Part shown: one piece after another, positions 1 to 11,648 of the stretch | How the letters are laid out: the number at the start of each line of letters is the position of its first letter | How positions within the stretch are numbered: position 1 is the first letter of the stretch | Assembly (NCBI RefSeq): GCF_902459465.1 | Contig: NC_047080.1 | Coordinates: 2,604,001-2,668,000, forward strand | Source of the DNA: Asterias rubens | Lineage: Eukaryota | DNA: 64,000 nucleotides | Reading direction: 5' to 3' | Program-made: the position numbers and the translations under genes | Notes under the pieces: generated by a model | Databases searched by the model: none | Seen by the model: only the letters and a program-made list of their open reading frames with translations | Told to the model about the DNA's origin: nothing

Positions 1-134
1 AAGCTCCTGTTCCGGTCGCATAATTGTAGTTTGCGAGGTAAATTACTGACGACTGCTGTGCTGTGTGCGCACTGCACAATGACATATGCTGCACTGCCGC
101 AGTAGTCAGTGCACCTTATGAACGCTCCCGAGTC

Positions 135-345
135 CTAGCCCCACTTGTGTGGCCAAGTATTCAGCTAGCCTATGGCCACACAATAGCCCACCTTGTTGAG
201 CTGTTAATGGCTCCGCTTGAAACATCGGTCTCAGTAATGGCGACAGTGATGAGACCGATGTTAAAAGCGGAGCCATTATTAAATTAATTATGATTATTAA
301 CAGCTCAACAAGGTGGGCTAGCCACACAAGTGCCAAGTGGGGCTA
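135..345. repeat. Nested foldback (hairpin) element
   Basis: Outer arms TAGCCCACCTTGTTGAGCTGTTAAT / ATTAACAGCTCAACAAGGTGGGCTA. Inner arms AATGGCTCCGCTT.AAACATCGGTCTCA / TGAGACCGATGTT.AAAGCGGAGCCATT. Confidence 0.8.
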
Positions 346-1024
346 TGATGAATAATCAACATGACCAAATTGCTCAACAGATCGTGTTTGTCTGATTTAA
401 AGTTTCAGTAAAAACACCACTTTGTTTTTACTGTTATTTTTTTTAGTGTAGTGTTAAAATGATCTGTTCCGATAATGAAATTAGGGTTGGTAGCTTAGAG
501 GGACCAAATCAAACAAAACATTTCAGTTTTACTTTTGATTTTGAGTTTAAATGACCATCAAACAAACAAAAACAACTTTTAGTTGTTATCTGGTTATACT
601 TGATATAGTGTTAATATTAATAATGCCGTAAACATTATTATTGAAAACTTATTTTTATAGCCTGTATTTAAAAAAAATTAAGTAATATTTTTTTGTCAAA
701 TTTCCGCATTCAGGAAAATGATGTTATCAAGAAGAAGGGATGTCGGTGGTTATACGTCTCACACAAGGCAACTCAATTGGCAGAAATTGTAAGTTTAAGA
801 TCCAAAACAAACTTCTATTTTCCTCTAGATTAGCAGTGCCCCTTACAGGAGGAAAATTTCTGTTCCCCTTCAAGAGCAAAGTTCAAGGCCTGTATTTAGG
901 CTACTATAAAAAACTAATTCATTCTTTAAAAAAAAAACTGTTCTTCCTTGTTGATTCTCATAATGTTTAACAATGCCATTATTCAAATTCAGAAGTTTTT
1001 GTTTTTGTTCATCTGCCTCCTCAG

Positions 1025-2573
1025 GAAGCTTCACTGAAGGATCTTCAAGGCAAGGTTGTCTTTAAATACGAACCGTTTATACTCCATGTTCAGTGCCGAA
1101 CGATTGAGGATGCTAAGATGATGGTAAGGAAATCTCAATTTGAATGGGAACATCTAAGAACATTGGAGGGCCATCCATCAACTGGAAGTTCTTTATCTGT
1201 CCACAAGTGTGTTACCAGTTGGAACTTGACAACATGCTGCAACTTAACTGCCTTTATTTTGGTCCCCTGCACTCATAGACTGTAACAAATTCTTCTTCCT
1301 CCCAAGAAATTTGCAGAATAAATCAAGCTACCTCAAGATATTCGCCATTCCCCTAAATTAGCTATTTTTACAGTGAACCTCAAGCAACGGACTGGCTAGA
1401 ATTGCATAATTGGGGGCACATTTTAAACATGAACTGTCTGGTACATCAGGGCCAGTGTAAAATTCAAGCCGTGCTTACAATTTCTTCAATATAATTTCAA
1501 TTTGATGTTTTGAACAGCATGTGGTGGCAGTTGAATCAGGCTTCAGAAACTCTGGAATCACTATTGGAAAGGCTGGTAAAGTGATGGTGGTAAGTAATTC
1601 ACAATGGTCAAATAATAAGCATTCCTTTGGGGGAAAAAAACATATTTTCTCCACTTTTCAATTCAGCAATTAAATAGACTAGACTGCTTTCTGAAAATCC
1701 ACTCCCACATTTGTTTATTTACGTCTTTTTTTCCCCCCTAATATTGTTGGGTTTTTTTTCCATCACAGGCGGTACGAAGCACCCATGGCTTAGAGGTACC
1801 CTTATCCGATGATGCTAGGCTCCTAGTTTCTACAGAGTATCTGGCTTTTTTAGTTGATCAAGCAAACGCAAAGCTGCGAGAAAACTCCAAACGGATTCTG
1901 AGGTTTGTTGCACAACAAAATTATGCTTACCAGAATAAGGTTATCAGCCAAACTACCATGAAATATGTACCATTTGTGACTGGTATCCTGCTCATTTTTG
2001 CTGAGCAGAAAATCTTTAAGCATTATTTTCTGCTTAAGCAACTGTTTGGAATTGGGCATTGAATTTCATTTCTATTTTGTGTTTCTTTGTTTTGCTGTTC
2101 TCTTATAACTTGGATTATAAAGAGGTTTCGTTGTACAGAGGTAATTTGTTCAGTCCTAGTGGTCCCAAAAACTTTATAGTATGCGCTGCGCAAAACTTGT
2201 ACTATAAGATGATTGGTCAAAACTTTCCCTTTATTTCAACAGATTCCAGGCAAATTTGACAAAGAGATTAGATACCCCCACACCAGAGATTAAAGCCAAA
2301 CTATGCAAGCACTGTGGAGCGACACGATCCTCCCAACATCACTCTGGACATAGCCGGAAAGATATGGAAATCAGTGGAACAGAAACCAATGAATGGATGA
2401 ACAGACAGTCTGGGGAATCCATGGTCAAAAAACAGAAACCAAGAGACAGTTCTTTTTCATGTAACCATCCTGAAGAAAGACACCAGAGTACCAGTGAGGA
2501 AATAACTGGTTTACAAGATCCTTTAGAGAATGACGACAGTGATGAACTCTGGGGATTTGATATGTTCACGTGA
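1025..2573 (+). CDS. TYW3: tRNA wybutosine-synthesizing protein 3 homolog, 3' part (upstream exons not found in window)
   Basis: Exons 1025-1123, 1518-1589, 1769-1902, 2243-2573, all AG/GT and phase-compatible. Translation [104 protein letters not shown] matches the TYW3 motifs FEPFxLHVQCR, SGFRNSGIT and [12 protein letters not shown]. Acidic tail LENDDSDE as in vertebrate TYW3. Confidence 0.95.
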
Positions 2574-2822
2574 CAGGATAAAAGTGGAAGGTTCTCCCTC
2601 TGATTAAAATGGATCAGTCCTTGGATGTTGGAACACAAAATTCTGCAATGATGTAACATCTCACATCTTGGATTTTAGATTGACATCCTTGAATGTTGAA
2701 AAATGTATATGATCACTGGACAACAGAATGCTTTGTTTCGTTGATAAGTGACAAACAACTGTTATTTGGGCTTACATTCCTCAGCAACCAGTGGTAGGAT
2801 TGGGGAGGGTTAGAGTTATTAA

Positions 2823-3161
2823 AGGGAAGGTACACGTTTGGTAATTACTCAAAACAAATATTAACTTAAAAACTGACTCGGTAACGAGCATTGGAGAGGT
2901 GTTGGTAGTATAAAACATTGTGGGACACGACTCCCTCTGAATGTTGTGGTTTTTGAGAAAGAGGTAATTTCTCACTAAAATAATAAAAGACTTCTAGCTA
3001 GAAGTCTTATTTTTATCTGAAGGCATACAATTTTTTCTTTCATCAGTTTCTCGCAACATCGATGACCAATTGAGCCCAATATTTCACAGGCTTTTTATTT
3101 TATGCTTATGTTGGGATACAGCAAGTAAGACTGGTCTTTGATAATTACCAAATGTGTACCT
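2823..3161. mobile_element. TTAA-flanked MITE (Kolobok/T2-type)
   Basis: TTAA on both sides; ends ...GGTACACGTTTGGTAATT and AATTACCAAATGTGTACCT; body homologous to the copies at 35981 and 57593. Confidence 0.75.
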
Positions 3162-4108
3162 TTAATAGAGGTACCAAACAAACTTTGATTACAAACAATT
3201 TGAAGCTTGTATGAACTTGACGTTGTTATGTAATAAATTATTCAAAAACAATCTTCCACTCTATTTATATGTTCTACTTTTATTGCTTCACTTTGTGAAC
3301 AAATATAAAAAATATAAGTCTGAGCGAAAGGTTTAGAAGTTAACATGTAGTTTTAGCGTTAGTCTGTTGCATTGCCACTGAGCAGCACCCAATTTCATGA
3401 AGCCTACAATCACAAACACCTGCTAAGCACAGGAAAATATTTTTTATTAAGCAGTATATCTGCTTAACAGTTTATGAAATTGAGCCCAGTTTAACTTTGG
3501 CTAGTTGTTGACATAATTCAACCTGGGTTTTTAAAAATAATTATCAACAATTCCCATAAGAAAATTTAATAAGTATCTTTTGTAAAACTGATGGACTTAG
3601 TTTTTGAATACACATAGAAACAAAAATACAGAATATTTCATGTTTGAAAAACTGTACACTCTTAAAGTTGTCTAAGTAAAAACGAAAAAGTTGTATACAA
3701 AAATACTTGTTTTCTATGTAAATACCCTATTAAGCTATGAATGAGTTCTGTTATAATTAATTAAGTTTGTTGGCGCAATGTTACGAATTGTTTCATTTTA
3801 TTACTCTATTATCAAACATTTAAAAGAATATTAAATTTCTATTTTATTTACAAATTCTTCAGAAAAAAAGTAATTGTGGAAGACTTTAATGCCCACAGGA
3901 AGATGATTGTGGCAAAATCAGTCAAATCAAATCGTTCTTTAACCCTTCTTCAAACCATTCAAAAGAATCTGGTTTTAAAACAAAACTTTGTCTGTTTCAA
4001 AATAATTTTGATGCAGTGATATATACAGAAATGAACTGTCTATAACGATCTGAAGGGTTTTATATGGTGGGTCAATTTAGTTTCCTACTTACAGCGCTGT
4101 TCCAGAAT

Positions 4109-7100
4109 CTACACCCCAGTTGTTATACTTTCTCCTGAGCCTGTGGTAGCCAAGCTTTTACTTGAAGAGTCGTCAATATTTTTATTCAAGTCTGTCTCAC
4201 CCAATGTTTCCGACATCTCATTTGAGTTCAATTGTGGCACTGTTACCTCTTGTTGTTGGACATCATCGCCTGCACCAGAGGTCAATGACCCTTGACCTTG
4301 AGGGGTGCTTGGGGGATCGTGGACCTCAGTCTTGGAAGCAGGTGGGATTGTTGGACTATCAGGAACCCCACCGTCACCTGAGACCTCTCCCGTCGACGGG
4401 GTTCCCTTCGCATCTTCCGAAGTACCTCCAACCGATGAGGAGGATGACAGACGAGCTTGTGCCTGGGCTTTCCCTGCCTCCATCTCGGCCTCGAATGTTT
4501 CAAAGTTGTCCACGTCTAGCTTCTCCACAAGCTCTTCCAGTTTCTTGGATTTGCGAAGCTCATTTTCGCGTATGATTGTGCAGAGATGTTCGGTGAGGGC
4601 TTCCTTGTGATCACTCAATTTGTGGAGGCTAATTTTGGCCGTCACAAACTCGGCCTCGGCTTTCTGGTAGCGCTTCCTTTGAGAAAAGAAAAACAAGAAC
4701 AAAACTTAATTAAGATTTGGCAAAAACCTCTGAAGAATGTGACAAATGGGCAAAACAACAAAGTATGAACACTGTAAACACAATAAGAAAAAACTTGAAC
4801 AAATTTTGTAAAAACCCATCCACTGCAATACCAATTAAGAGGATGGTGGAACTGCCTCTAGCCATCGAGCGAGCTTGATTGTCTAGTGGTAAGACATCTG
4901 CTCTAGCAATACAAACTAATGGCTTCGAATTCTACCCAAGATGGGTGTAAGGGTAAAAACAAATTATATAACAGGGTGGTCACAAGACGGTTCGTGGTTG
5001 ATAACCCCCTCTACTGGCTAGGAAAATAAACAACATGAGTAGAGCTTTCTAGATGAAACAACCAGGGGTGGATTTCAGAAAAGTAGTCCTAACTTAGGAC
5101 TAGTCCTAGCCTAGGCAATGCCAAGAGATAGGACCAGTCCTAAGTTAGGATGAATTACTGGTCCTAACTTAGGACCAGTCCTATCTCTTAGCATTGCTTA
5201 GGACTAGTCCTAAGTTAGGACTACCTTTGTGAAATCCACCCCTGAGCTCCTTGAACCAAGACTATCCCTACGGCTGACTTACTGAGCTTCGCTGTAGTTC
5301 CTGCTTGCTTCCTCGATCTTATCGCGAAGGATGTTCACGTCGTTGGTCAAGAACTCTTCAATTTTACTCAACTCCTTCTGGATGTAGGCAAGACGTTTCG
5401 TTTCTGCTTGAGTCTTCTTCTTTCTAATCACAAAATAAAAATAATATTTCTTTTTAAAATGTTTCCCAAATAAGACAATTATGAGTTTTGCAAAAATAAT
5501 TGTCTAGTACATTTTCTTCTGAAGTTCTTCTGAGGAAAGACAAGTTGACTAGAGTGGGATTTGAACCAGCGACATCTTGGTTAACTTGCCTGCGCTCTCC
5601 AAACTTAGCTATCTAGCCCTATGTTGGCAATCTGCCTATTTTATGAATTTCTGTTCCAGGATTGCCAGCTAGGAGCCATGGAACTGTTTACTGCCGTGTA
5701 GCCAGGGATCTCACACTAAGTTTACAGTACAACCTGAGAAGCGGCAGCCAGGGGATCACCTCAAGGGGATCTGCTGATTGGCACTCTGAATAAAGCTTTT
5801 AACAAAATAGGGAGACTGCCAACACATAGCTAGCAGTTGGTGGAGCACCAGTACGCTAATGTGGAGGTCGCTGGTTCCAACCCCACACTAGTAAATGTGT
5901 CTTTGTTCAACGCCAAATTATTTAGAATTTACCCAGTCAGTTTCCCTTGTGGTTTATTACTTGATATTTAAGAAATCAAACAAGTTACCTGTCTGCGATG
6001 GCCATGGCCAATAACTTCTTCTTGCGTGAGTTGTCATCCTCGATCTCTTTTTGCTGTTGTTGAAAATGCTCCATTTTGCTCAACTCTCGACTGTAAAAAT
6101 CATTAAGATGACAAAACCAAGTAGGAATGAGTTGGATTTGTGCAAAGGACCAAAAGAGACCGATCAAACAAACCAGGAACTTTAATAATTTTTAAAGTAA
6201 AGAATACTCTCTTAATCAGGAGTGAGAGTCATTTTAAAAAAAAGTCTAAAACTAGAATCCATGCCAGCATTTTCATATTTTTGTGAACCCCTTTTGATTA
6301 GATTTCACAGAGCTTATCAAAGAGCAGGGTTTCTTTATAAATCATATGGAAAAAGAAATGGTTGATTTGCTTCACATGGTCGACTTAAGTCTGAACTCAG
6401 ATTTTAAAAGATATATGTTTTCACACAGTTAACCTCCTCTTTAGTCTGTCTCGCCCAATAAACATAGGTTTTTTTCCCCTCGTCCCACCTTTAGTTTTTG
6501 TCTGGTAACCTAACCTCTTCTGGTCAAACCAGTCCCTTCCTGCTACAGCCTCAGCAGGGAGAAATAAAATCACATAAACTTAACATACCTCAGTCCTTCC
6601 TCCTCGCCCAGTTCCTTCCCCAGAGGTTTCTCTTTTTTCTTGGGCTCATCTTGGACTTTCCTGTCCCCTCCTGCCTCATTTTTCTTTCCTGCTTCTGCAC
6701 TCTGTACTGATTTAGTTCTATTCACCTCAACAGGTGTTTGAGAATTTGATTGAGCTTGATCAACGGGTCGTTTCACTTCGGTTTTGGATGAGTCCGCACC
6801 TGGTGCTTTTGTTCTATCTGGCGTCTGATTGGTCGATTCCTTTTGCACCTGCTCTTGATTGGATAGCATCTGCTCTTGTTTCTGATTGGTCCCCTGTTGT
6901 TTTTGCACCTGTTTTGGTTTGGACAGCATTTGTTTTTTATTAATTGGGTCCGTCACATGGGGACGATTCAGTCCTTGGGGTCCTCTGCCCCTGCCCCTCT
7001 GGGATGGAGGTCGAGAGGTTTGTGGTCTGCCCTGTTGATGATGCCGTCCGTCCGTTCTCGTTCCATCTTGGTGATAATTTGTAACTGAATCTGAAAATGA

Positions 7101-8232
7101 AAACAAAAACATTTCATCAAGTTGATACTGATAAACAGATTGACAGGCCTTGAATTTTGATCTTCCAAGGTTACAGCAAATTTCGTCTGGTTACGGCACT
7201 TCTATGAGGAAAATATAAGTTTGTAAAGGGCACCATAGCAAAAGCACAGGGCACCAGGGCAATTGATGTTGGCATTGTTTGTTATTTTAAGGCTTGGATT
7301 GAAAATGTTTGTACCTCTGTTGACAAATCTTGACAACAAACAGAAAGCAAGCTTGTAGGCTCCTTGTTAACTCTAAATAAAGTTGCAAGGATACGACTAC
7401 AACAGGAGTAGCTCAGCTACAGTCTTTTTCCCTAACTGGCGAAGTCTTGGCCTCCAGAGCTATATCCAGAGCCTCTGTGTTGTTTCAAGCCTGAAACACC
7501 ACCATGGCAAGACGCAGTCTGACCTAACGCCTGAAATGTTTTGTACTCATTTCTCAAAAACCACAGCACCTCAGCAACTTATATTTTAAGGTACGCTTTC
7601 TACTATCATTATCTTCAAATGGTGAAAGTTTAATGTACATTGTGTTTTGTGTTAAAAAAAGATACCTAAATCCTTTAATTGGTTATCAATCTTAAAATGA
7701 ATGGCAATAAAAACTTTTAAAATTTACATGGCTAGAAGTTTAGAAGCTTTTGTTTCTTTAAAGCCATTTATACACTTTCGGAACAGAATAAAAGTTCTTT
7801 TTCTTCCTCTTCTTCCATATTATAAGTGCAGACTCAATAACATGAGCAAAAGCAAACTGTTATAATGTAGTCGATGCACCATGGCTAGGGTGAAAAGTAC
7901 ACATTGAGGTTTAGTGCTGCATGCTGGACACTCATAACATGTATGTACTCCTACAACTTAACTATGAGGCTCATTCCGTTATAGTCTCATCACAGTAGAA
8001 TGAACCTCGTAGTTCTAGGACTAGTACTAGTAGTTGCGATAAACGTAACCCTCCTCCCGACGACGGAGGAGAGGAGGGTTACGTTAAATCGCAACTATGG
8101 GACTAGGAGAACTCGTAATGAATGTCTGTCTGTCTGTCCATGGAGCTGTCTGTCTTTAATACCTTGATCATGTTGATCGGGGTTGCTCTTGAGTCGGTTT
8201 AATTGTGCATCTGTGAATCCTTCCCACTCCAT
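4109..8232 (-). CDS. GORAB: RAB6-interacting golgin (GORAB/SCYL1BP1), about 460 aa
   Basis: Coding exons (minus) 8232-8163, 7090-6589, 6090-5989, 5423-5283, 4676-4109; total 1383 nt with phases consistent. N-terminus MEWEGFTDAQLNRLK resembles GORAB WxGFSEEELRRLK. Coiled coil KKTQAETKRLAYIQKEL...ILRDKIEEAS...KRYQKAEAEFVTAK...KEALTEHLCTIIRENELRKSKKLEEL matches the GORAB conserved domain. Confidence 0.95.
4850..4940 (+). mobile_element. Diverged fragment of the tRNA-containing repeat seen at 60408-60934
   Basis: AACTGCCTCTAGC...GTCTAGTGGTAAGACATCTGCTCTAG...TTCGAAT aligns with 60458-60545. Confidence 0.6.
5065..5242. mobile_element. Palindromic MITE, PIF/Harbinger-like termini
   Basis: Termini GGGGTGGATTTCA / TGAAATCCACCCC; the whole body is a near-perfect inverted repeat built from AGTCCTAACTTAGGAC units. 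Confidence 0.8.
5548..5970. mobile_element. Repeat with two inverted tRNA-like arms flanking a unique core
   Basis: Left arm 5548-5641 (minus) and right arm 5804-5892 (plus) each carry A-box-like (TAGCTAAGTTTGG / TAGCAGTTGG) and B-box-like (GGTTCAAATCC / GGTTCCAACCC) motifs. Too degenerate to be tRNA genes. Confidence 0.65.
7448..7797 (+). repeat. Near-identical direct duplicate of 11335-11683
   Basis: About 350 nt match by eye with one indel (ccattta vs ccatta); lies in the GORAB intron between the first two coding exons. Confidence 0.9.
8034..8096. repeat. Short hairpin mini-element
   Basis: AGTTGCGATAAACGTAACCCTCCT...AGGAGGGTTACGTTAAATCGCAACT; one arm recurs at about 24899-24925. Confidence 0.65.
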
Positions 8233-8776
8233 GCTGTCATTCGTCTGTCTGTTTGGATCAACAACAAAAAGGAATTAGTTTCAAGACCTAAACATTGTAT
8301 TATTTAAAATTAAACTTGGTAATAATTAATTTATCCATTATTATTCTTTGCTCAAAGTTTTTAGAATTAATTATTTAGAGGCCACAAACAAAAGTTAAAA
8401 AATTCTAACCATTCTTATCGAAATAAGATTAAGAAAAAGGCATGCCCTGCAACATGAAATTGGAAAAATGTTCCTTTAGTTTCCTTTCTGCACCCGCCCC
8501 TTCCCCTTTTCCTCGGCCCCACCAGGAAAACTGTGAAACTCTCACTTTAAAAAAAATGAAAGTTTCCCGCGACCAGGGGCTCGTTCGTGTTGCTTTTTTT
8601 AATTTTTGCTGTTATTTTTTAAATTTTATAAAATAAACTATTTCTGTATCCAGGAACCGAGTGAGTAATGCTATGCTTTCCTTACTTCAAAGTACCGGTA
8701 AATGGGAAGTAAATAATTACACACTAATGCAAATTTATTTCAAACATCAACAATTGAAAACTTTAAAATCACTCAC

Positions 8777-9314
8777 CCGAAACGCCGGGCTGCCACGTTC
8801 ACAAACTTGTTTAGTTTGCTTTTTTTTTTTTTTGTAAAAAAATTGTTTACGGTCGAGTTATATAGCGCCCTCAAGAGACAAGTACCAGTCACATCATCAT
8901 CACACTGTGTCCTAAATAATTTGCATCTTCATATCGTATAGTAAAAGAAGTGTGACAAGTGTGAAAAGACGATTAGGTAAGGATTTTATGTTTGAAGCAT
9001 TGTTTTTACAGTAAACGGTAAATTATTTGAGGCTCTGTCAGTGAATAGCATTTCAATATTGTGTTTGAACGAACATTTCTTTTTTCACTTTTCCAATTTT
9101 GCAGTGTAAAAATATATTGGTGACCACTGACACTGTGTATGACGCCCTCTATCGTTTCCGTATGGATTACATTGATAAACAGTGAAAACTTTGGGACGAA
9201 AGTTTCCTTCATCCGTGGTCTGGTCTGAGATAAACTGAAGCTGAAATTTAACAGTTCTGAAATAATTTTACTAATACTATCATAATCATTGTGATTGTCG
9301 CACAAAGTAACGCA
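8777..9314. promoter_or_regulatory. Probable bidirectional promoter region between GORAB (5' UTR exon) and DR1
   Basis: A minus-strand donor GTGAGT (plus actcac, 8771-8776) marks a GORAB 5' non-coding exon above 8777, and an acceptor at 8288-8289 feeds the ATG exon. DR1 ATG is at 9315, so the genes are divergent with under 550 bp between them. Confidence 0.6.
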
Positions 9315-10763
9315 ATGGCTGAAAGCGGTACGCCAGAGGACGACTTGAGTGTGCCTCGCGCAGCCCTTAACAAAATGATCAAGGAACTCCTACCCTCAGT
9401 CCGAGTCTCCAACGACTCACGAGAACTCATCTTGAACTGTTGTACGGAGTTTATCCATCTTCTGTCTTCGGAGGCGAACGATGTGTGCAACAAAAGTCTC
9501 AAGAAGACGATTTCACCCGAACATGTGCTGGCAGGTGAGAACAAGTCTTGCACCAAAACCTCCATCATGCTTTACCAATCATTATTAATCTCAATCATTC
9601 TAAACCAGACTAGTTCATTTGGCAACATTGTCGTTTTTGTGACATTTTGACATTTGACCTCTTAGCAGGAGCAAATTTGTTGGTGGTGCTTTAGCACACA
9701 ATTTGAAACATTAGAAGAACAGCAACAATTGGTTACTAGCTGAATTGTAATGTGTGTTGTTTGTGACCCGTTCCCTGCTTTGCTTTCATCGGTGCACAAA
9801 GAGTTGCCCAGCACACTGAGCCCATGATACTGACAATGTTCTCTTTCTTTCTTTGCAGCTCTAGATAGTTTGGGTTTTGGTGCGTACTTGGAGGAGTGCA
9901 AGTCCGTTTTAGAAGAGTGTAAAACGGTTGCTGCTAAGAAGAGACGAGCGAGCAACAGATTAGAGAACCTTGGCATACCGGTGGAAGAGTTGCTAAGACA
10001 ACAGGAGGAACTCTTTGCAAAGGTTAATTGGGATTGGGAACTATTTCTCTAAGGAGGGGGTGGATTGATGTGGGGTGCCGTGGTCAAGCGGATAAGTGCA
10101 CCAAACGCAAGCTCTGGTGTTTGTAACAGCAGAGTGTTGGTTTGAGTCCCAGCAGAGTTTTGGTTCGAGAGTCCCGGTCGTGGTGTGGCAGGAGATTCTG
10201 TCCCCCAGGAGATTCTGTGTCACCCCCCCCCCCTGATAGCGCCCTCTTTTGAAAAATCCTCCTCCAGTCAATATTAATATCCCATACGGGGAACAGAATC
10301 TCTGGCAGACAGATTTTCCTAAGCAATGACACTTGTGTCCTTGAGCAAGATACTTTACCATTCAGTCAAAGGTCAGTAGGATTGGTAGTGCATGTAAAAG
10401 ATCGAACCCAGAACACTGTGTTCCTGGCTCACATACCTTGCGCCCTTGTTTTACAGGTTTTCTCAGGCTTGCGAAATATAGAGATAACATTAACTAATGA
10501 TGCCTTATTTAAAAAAAAACAATTATGAGGCATTCTTAAAAATAAAAAACTTTCTTAACAAGAATCTTTATAAAGACTAAATTTATATTTGGACTTCTTG
10601 GTTACAGGCAAGAGAGGAGCAAGCAGTGATTGAGCAGCAGGAATGGGTACAATTACAGGCCGCTCAACAGCAGCAGTCATTATTACAACAGCAGCAACAG
10701 CAAGCACAGCAGGTGCAAACAGCAACAAGCCAAACATCCAACATGCAACATGATGCAACGTGA
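9315..10763 (+). CDS. DR1: Protein Dr1 / negative cofactor 2 beta, 179 aa
   Basis: Exons 9315-9534, 9859-10022, 10608-10763 (220+164+156 nt). Histone fold DDLSVPRAALNKMIKELLPSVRVSNDSRELILNCCTEFIHLLSSEANDVC..KKTISPEHV, then RLENLGIPVEELLRQQEELFAKAR, then a Q-rich tail. Confidence 0.97.
10072..10400 (+). mobile_element. tRNA-derived SINE in DR1 intron 2 with a nested TGT...ACA element (about 10184-10331)
   Basis: tRNA-like head GTGGTCAAGCGG...GGTTCGAGAGTCCC, then GACACTTGTGTCCTTGAGCAAGATACTT. It is interrupted by an inverted-repeat element homologous to 12965-13100. Confidence 0.6.
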
Positions 10764-11190
10764 CTCGGAGCTACTCAATCCCCTGGACAAACACCAATAA
10801 CCATGGCAATACGCAGTCAGACCTCACTCATGAAACGCCCTCTATCCTTGGAATAGTCGCAACGTGTATAGCGTCATACTAAAACAGCAGCAGCAGCAGC
10901 AGCAAGCACAGCAGGTGCAAACAGCAACAAGCCAAACATCCAACATGCAACATGATGCAACGTGACTCGGAGCTACTCAATCCCCTGGACAAACACCAAT
11001 AACCATGGCAATACGCAGTCAGACCTCACTCATGAAACGCCCTCTATCCTTGGAATAGTCGCAACGTGTGTAGCGTAATACTAAAACAGCAGCAGCAGCA
11101 GCAGCAGCAAGCACAGCAGGTACAAAAAGCAACAAGCCAAACATCCAACATGTAACATGATGCAACGTGACTCGGAGCTGCTCAATTCTG
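10700..11190 (+). repeat. Tandem repeat (about 202-205 bp unit, about 2.4 copies) of the DR1 CDS end, stop codon and 3' UTR
   Basis: AGGT(G/A)CAAA anchor at 10711, 10913 and 11118; each unit starts at a (CAG)n tract. Confidence 0.9.
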
Positions 11191-11648
11191 TGGACAAAAA
11201 CCAAACCTGGAATTTCATCTTTAAAAGGGCAAGGCCATTTTCACTTTGTAATGGCTCCTCCTTTGGTAAATATTTAATTATATGGGAAACTTTTGAAGGG
11301 GCACCAAAGCCAAGACCAGGGGCAGCAGAGGCCATGGCCTCCAGAGCTATATCCAGAGCCTCTGTGTTGTTTCAAGCCTGAAACACCACCATGGCAAGAC
11401 GCAGTCTGACCTAACGCCTGAAATGTTTTGTACTCATTTCTCAAAAACCACAGCACCTCAGCAACTTATATTTTAAGGTACGCTTTCTACTATCATTATC
11501 TTCAAATGGTGAAAGTTTAATGTACATTGTGTTTTGTGTTAAAAAAAGATACCTAAATCCTTTAATTGGTTATCAATCTTAAAATGAATGGCAATAAAAA
11601 CTTTTAAAATTTACATGGCTAGAAGTTTAGAAGCTTTTGTTTCTTTAA

